A DNA stretch of 64,000 bases from Methanomassiliicoccales archaeon (GTDB lineage Archaea; Thermoplasmatota; Thermoplasmata; Methanomassiliicoccales; UBA472), in the NCBI GenBank assembly GCA_038740345.1, contig JAVYMA010000005.1:21965-85964 (forward strand), written 5' to 3'. The number at the start of each line of letters is the position of its first letter. Positions within the stretch are counted from its first letter, which is position 1. Of this stretch, positions 60,122 to 64,000 are shown piece by piece. The notes under the pieces were generated by a model. It made no database searches, was not told where the DNA came from, and saw nothing but the letters and a program-made list of their open reading frames with translations. Both the position numbers and the translations under genes were made by a program.

Positions 60122-60484
60122 TTAAAGCGCGTTGACCGCCCTGATAAAGGCATCGGGCTTAGTAGCCTCGATCATCTTGTCGACCTCGTCCAGGCTTCCC
60201 ACCAATCTAGCCTTCCCAGCTGAGTTGGAGACCAAGGCATACGCCTCGTGACGGGTGCTGTCCACTACTTCCACGTGTACCACATCATGGAGCCTCTTAA
60301 GATCAGCCACTGCCACATTCGCCATCTGTATGTCCTTCACCGTAAGCACGATGCGTGATTTGCCCGCGATCTCGCATCGGCCTACGACGATGGTGTCAAC
60401 ATTGATCTTCTTGCGCGTGAATACTCCCATCACCCTTTGCATGACGCCAAACTCGTCATTGACGACCATCGAAATTACTTCCAT
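60122..60484 (-). CDS. ACT-domain protein, acetolactate synthase small-subunit-like
   Basis: ISMVVNDEFGVMQRVMGVFTRKKINVDTIVVG...SRIVLTV resembles IlvH/IlvN. I set the start at the ATG at 60484, which is preceded by GGAGGG. The ORF-track start at 60571 adds 29 atypical residues. Confidence 0.6.
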   Translation of the reverse strand: MEVISMVVNDEFGVMQRVMGVFTRKKINVDTIVVGRCEIAGKSRIVLTVKDIQMANVAVADLKRLHDVVHVEVVDSTRHEAYALVSNSAGKARLVGSLDEVDKMIEATKPDAFIRAVNAL

Positions 60485-60756
60485 TTGTTTTCCCTCCTTT
60501 AATGACGCATAAAGCGAACGGCATGAACTCCCCTGATGTATCAGCCGAAGATGGCGCGGCCATAGCTCCAATCAAACTCATCCTACAACACTCCTCGGGG
60601 ACTGCTTTCCATTGGAAAGTGTCCCCTGTTCAGATGACCAAAACCTGCAAGCTGAGAACTCCAGAAGCATCCTGGTAGGCCGCAGGGCTTGACATAGCAA
60701 GGCGTATCCCCAAAACAATATTTATAAGTTGGCAAAGATAAGAAGCGAATTACCAA

Positions 60757-61551
60757 TCACTGGATTCCTTGGACGTCGTATTTGGGCTTAAGCGGGTCCA
60801 AGTTATCTATTTCATTGAGAATACGCCTAAGGAAAGCTCGTGTCCTCTCATTCTTGGGTTTGACGAATATCTCCTCTGGAGGTCCTTCTTCCACGATGAG
60901 CCCATCATCCATGAAGAAGACCCAGTCCGCCATCTCTCGAGCGAAGCCCATTTCGTGCGTTACCACCACCATGGTCATGCCCTCCTGCGCCAGGCGCTTC
61001 ATGACATCGAGGACTTCGCCGATTAGCTCCGGGTCTAGGGCAGAGGTGGGCTCATCGAACAGGATTACCTTCGGCTGCATAGCCAAGGCGCGAGCGATCG
61101 CCACGCGCTGCTGCTGACCTCCTGAAAGCTGACCTGGATAGGCATCGGCCTTCTCCCTCAGCCCCACTTTAGTCAAAGCTTCTAAGGCCCGACGGTCCGC
61201 TTCTTGGGCTGGCAGCTTCTTAACTTTCCTCAGGGCCAGAGAGATGTTGTTCTTCGCGGTTAGATGCATAAACAGGTTGAAGCTCTGGAACACCATGTTC
61301 ATCTGGGCTCGGATGAGATTGATGTCGAGGTTGGGATCGGTTATGTCATGCCCCTCAAAGATTATCCTTCCCGCCGTAGGTTCGTTCAGGCGGTTTAAGC
61401 ACCTTAAAAGGGTGCTCTTACCGCTTCCGCTCGGGCCTATGATGACTACGACGCTCTGGGGCATTATCTTGATTGAAATTCCTTTCAGCACTTCGTGCCC
61501 TTGAAAGGATTTTTTCAGGCCGATGGTCTCGATTATGGGGGTGGTCATCAA
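60757..61551 (-). CDS. polar amino-acid ABC transporter ATP-binding protein
   Basis: Walker [10 protein letters not shown], signature LSGGQQQRV and Walker [12 protein letters not shown]. Confidence 0.92.
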   Translation of the reverse strand: MMTTPIIETIGLKKSFQGHEVLKGISIKIMPQSVVVIIGPSGSGKSTLLRCLNRLNEPTAGRIIFEGHDITDPNLDINLIRAQMNMVFQSFNLFMHLTAKNNISLALRKVKKLPAQEADRRALEALTKVGLREKADAYPGQLSGGQQQRVAIARALAMQPKVILFDEPTSALDPELIGEVLDVMKRLAQEGMTMVVVTHEMGFAREMADWVFFMDDGLIVEEGPPEEIFVKPKNERTRAFLRRILNEIDNLDPLKPKYDVQGIQ

Positions 61552-62222
61552 TCTACCCCCATCATCCCTGGAATGGCCGTCTTCCTTTCTACCTGCCTTA
61601 GGATGCGTGAAGTCGTATAGGTGAGGACGAAATAGACCACAGCGATGAAGATGTACACCACAAACGGCTGAAAGGTCTCGGCGATAACGATCTTTCCACG
61701 CATGGTCAGCTCATAGACTCCAATTATCATTACTAGCGAAGAGTCCTTGATCATGGTGATGAACTCATTGGTATAGGCCGGCAGCGCATTCCTCAGCGCC
61801 TGCGGAATGATAACATAAGCCAGGGCTTGGTTATTAGTCAGGCCCATGGCCCTGGCTGCTTCCATTTGGCCTTTAGAGATGGATTGGACGCCTCCGCGGA
61901 AGATCTCAGCCTGATAGGCGGCGCTATTCAGGGAAAGCGCCAGTATCCCTGCAGTAAGGGGATCGAATTGTATACCTAGCGAGGGGAGACCAAAGAATAT
62001 CAAGAAAATTTGTATAAGCAACGGCGTTCCTCGGAAGGCCTCTACATAAGCGGTAGCAGGATAATATATGGCTTTGTTGTTAGATATTCGCGCCATACCA
62101 ATCAGCAGACCTCCAAGGAAACCTAACGAAATGGAGACCACGCTGACGATCAGGGTCCACATCAGACCCCCCATGAAGAAGACGAAGTTTTGGGGTATTA
62201 CGCTCCAGTCCAGTTGCATCAC
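61548..62222 (-). CDS. polar amino-acid ABC transporter permease (HisM/GlnP family)
   Basis: Polytopic protein with the EAA-type loop ([26 protein letters not shown]). ATGA-type overlap with the ATPase gene. Confidence 0.9.
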   Translation of the reverse strand: MMQLDWSVIPQNFVFFMGGLMWTLIVSVVSISLGFLGGLLIGMARISNNKAIYYPATAYVEAFRGTPLLIQIFLIFFGLPSLGIQFDPLTAGILALSLNSAAYQAEIFRGGVQSISKGQMEAARAMGLTNNQALAYVIIPQALRNALPAYTNEFITMIKDSSLVMIIGVYELTMRGKIVIAETFQPFVVYIFIAVVYFVLTYTTSRILRQVERKTAIPGMMGVD

Positions 62223-62303
62223 GGATCACTCTCCACTCGCAGGTCCTGGTAAAGGGCTGCAAGAAAAGGTTTAGGGCGAATAGGTTTGGCTCGAGACTTG
62301 ACT

Positions 62304-63155
62304 TTAGTCAGCATTCCATTTGACCAAAATGGCTTGCAGACTGCCATCGTCCTTCATCATTTGCAATACCCTATCCACGAAAAACTTCAGAGCGGTGTTG
62401 CCCTTGGCGATGGCAATGCCATACTCTTCGTTCGTGACTATGGTAAAGCCAACTTTTAACGTGTACGATGGGTCATCAGCGTAATTGTTCGCCACCGGGG
62501 TATCGCATATCACCGCATCGATCTGCCCCTGCTCCAAGGCTACTACGGCTGATGGGATGTCCTGGTATTGAGAGATTATGGAAGTTGGTAGGTTGTCTTG
62601 AGCCCAATAGAGGCCTGTGGTGCCGAGCTGAGCACCTACTTTCTTCCCCGCTAGGTCGGCGGCTGAGCTAATGGCACTGCCCTCCTTCACTAGGACCCCT
62701 TGATTGGCACTATAATAGGGAATGGAAAAGTCCACGGCTTTAGCTCTCTCAGGGAGGATGGTTATTGAGGAGATCGCCAGGTCTGCTTGTCCAGACTGAA
62801 CTGCACCAATCACGGCATCAAAGGACATGGGCTTTATCTCCAGCTGCACTCCCAGTTCAGCCGCAATCCTCTCCACGATCTCAATGTCGACGCCTTCGTA
62901 TTTCTGGCTAGTAGAGTTATAGATCTCGAAAGGAGGCCAGGTGGTATCCGAGGCCACGATGAGCTTGCCTCGTTTCAAGATCTCGTCCAAATTTGCATTA
63001 GCCCTCTCAGCTGGCTTCGCCAAAGCAGCCCCAATGAAATAGCCGACCACTAGTCCGACTACAAGCATAATGGCGACCAGCGCATACATAGTCGTCTTGC
63101 TGCCCTTCTTTCCATAGGGCGAGGACGACTGCGGCTCCCCCGCTGCTCCCGACAT
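62304..63155 (-). CDS. amino-acid ABC transporter substrate-binding protein (family 3), N-terminally membrane-anchored
   Basis: An N-terminal TM helix is followed by an SBP_bac_3-like pattern (KLIVASDTTWPPFE..., GQADLAISSITI). Confidence 0.85.
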   Translation of the reverse strand: MSGAAGEPQSSSPYGKKGSKTTMYALVAIMLVVGLVVGYFIGAALAKPAERANANLDEILKRGKLIVASDTTWPPFEIYNSTSQKYEGVDIEIVERIAAELGVQLEIKPMSFDAVIGAVQSGQADLAISSITILPERAKAVDFSIPYYSANQGVLVKEGSAISSAADLAGKKVGAQLGTTGLYWAQDNLPTSIISQYQDIPSAVVALEQGQIDAVICDTPVANNYADDPSYTLKVGFTIVTNEEYGIAIAKGNTALKFFVDRVLQMMKDDGSLQAILVKWNAD

Positions 63156-63271
63156 GTTTTGTGGGGAACGCTTTTGGTTGATTTAAATATGCTGGACTCT
63201 CTTCACGATTAACGTAACAATATTTCTAATTTCGAATTTAGAACCATGAGTAATACAACTTCTCAAGCAGA

Positions 63272-63820
63272 TTACCCGTCTCGACTCCTTTCCGCCACCC
63301 TTCCAAGCTCTTCCCAAATCTGAGTAAAACGATCAACAACATCGCATTTTAGCCCTTCACGCATAGCAATAATCAAATCTGCGGTGGCATCTGCATCCCT
63401 TATATCGTACCATGATTCTCTGTCCCGCTTCTCCAAGCTGAGTATTCCCCGATTTACCATACGTTTTAAATGATACGAAAGGGTGGACTTCGCGCAGCCT
63501 ATTTCCTGCAATATTTGATTGTAGGAACTTTTTCCGTGAATAAGCAGATACATCACTATGCGTCTAGGAGTAGGCTGCATCAGCACCGATATGGTCCGGC
63601 GGTCACGGATGTGAAAGCGATCGGATGGGAAATAGCGCTTCCAGTATCCATCATCCTCCACCCTTATCACATTCCTTTTCTCCATGTAACGAAGGTGGTA
63701 GGATAGCACTCCTGTCTCCATCCCTAGTTCCCTCTCCATCTCCCGAAGATATGTTCCAGGATGGGATTTGATGTATTGATAGATCCTCCTTCGATTCTCC
63801 AGATTCAGGACCTCATCCAT
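63272..63820 (-). CDS. transcriptional regulator with two tandem ArsR-like winged-helix domains
   Basis: Two wHTH units are present: RRRIYQYIKSHPGTYLREMERELGMETGVLSYHLRYMEK and PRRIVMYLLIHGKSSYNQILQEIGCAKSTLSYHLKRMVN. Confidence 0.7.
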   Translation of the reverse strand: MDEVLNLENRRRIYQYIKSHPGTYLREMERELGMETGVLSYHLRYMEKRNVIRVEDDGYWKRYFPSDRFHIRDRRTISVLMQPTPRRIVMYLLIHGKSSYNQILQEIGCAKSTLSYHLKRMVNRGILSLEKRDRESWYDIRDADATADLIIAMREGLKCDVVDRFTQIWEELGRVAERSRDG

Positions 63821-63826
63821 CGATTC

Positions 63827-64000
63827 TCATCTCTTCAAAATCGCCAGATATAGCAGTGCTAAGACCAAAAGCTGGAATAACACCACGGTCGCGCTCATCT
63901 CGAATTCTCTCAACCCCATGAAGCTAGAGAGAAAAACTAGCAGAGCGAGAATCGCGAAGAGCAAGAATGAAGCGGAGACCAGGGCTATGCGAACTTCTTT
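63827..64000 (-). CDS. membrane protein, 3' end only (partial at window edge)
   Basis: The open minus-strand frame reads ...VRIALVSASFLLFAILALLVFLSSFMGLREFEMSATVVLFQLLVLALLYLAILKR-stop. The stop lies 7 nt upstream of the regulator start. Confidence 0.35.
   Translation of the reverse strand, partial: KEVRIALVSASFLLFAILALLVFLSSFMGLREFEMSATVVLFQLLVLALLYLAILKR

Overview
This window looks like an archaeal chromosomal segment at roughly 55% GC by eye. The gene content is diagnostic: thermosome, PAN, aIF2-gamma, aIF5B, S6e/S28e/L24e/L7Ae, GINS-like, MBF1, GPN-loop GTPase, archaeal pantoate kinase, and a wHTH-fused CTP-dependent riboflavin kinase (RbkR-type). A DUF2099/methanogenesis-marker-8-like ORF tentatively suggests a Thermoplasmata or Methanomassiliicoccales-like lineage; no search was possible to confirm this. 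About 90% of the window is coding and mostly housekeeping. It holds a heat-shock cluster (dnaJ-dnaK-grpE next to the thermosome), gcvPA/PB, tmk-coaBC-pantoate kinase, purS-purL-purQ, the conserved L7Ae-S28e-L24e-ndk-infB block, a 2-oxoacid:ferredoxin oxidoreductase operon, ilvE, a polar amino-acid ABC transporter, katG and one tRNA-Lys(CUU). I saw no transposases, integrases, cas genes or rRNA. The most unusual items are listed below.
- A 1254-aa SF1 helicase is fused to a Vsr/DUF559-like nuclease module and sits in an AT-flanked pocket.
- Two perfect 30-nt direct repeats are separated by a unique 37-nt spacer, which is CRISPR-like geometry with no cas genes in view.
- An 882-aa surface protein combines a lectin-like domain, seven propeller-type repeats and an S2P/M50-like membrane domain whose HExxH motif reads HDLTH.
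- Two tandem paralogous membrane proteins end in cytoplasmic zinc ribbons.
- The L7Ae leader contains a box-C-like hairpin.
- grpE carries a 105-bp in-frame tandem duplication.
All functional calls come from motif recognition by eye and were not checked against databases.
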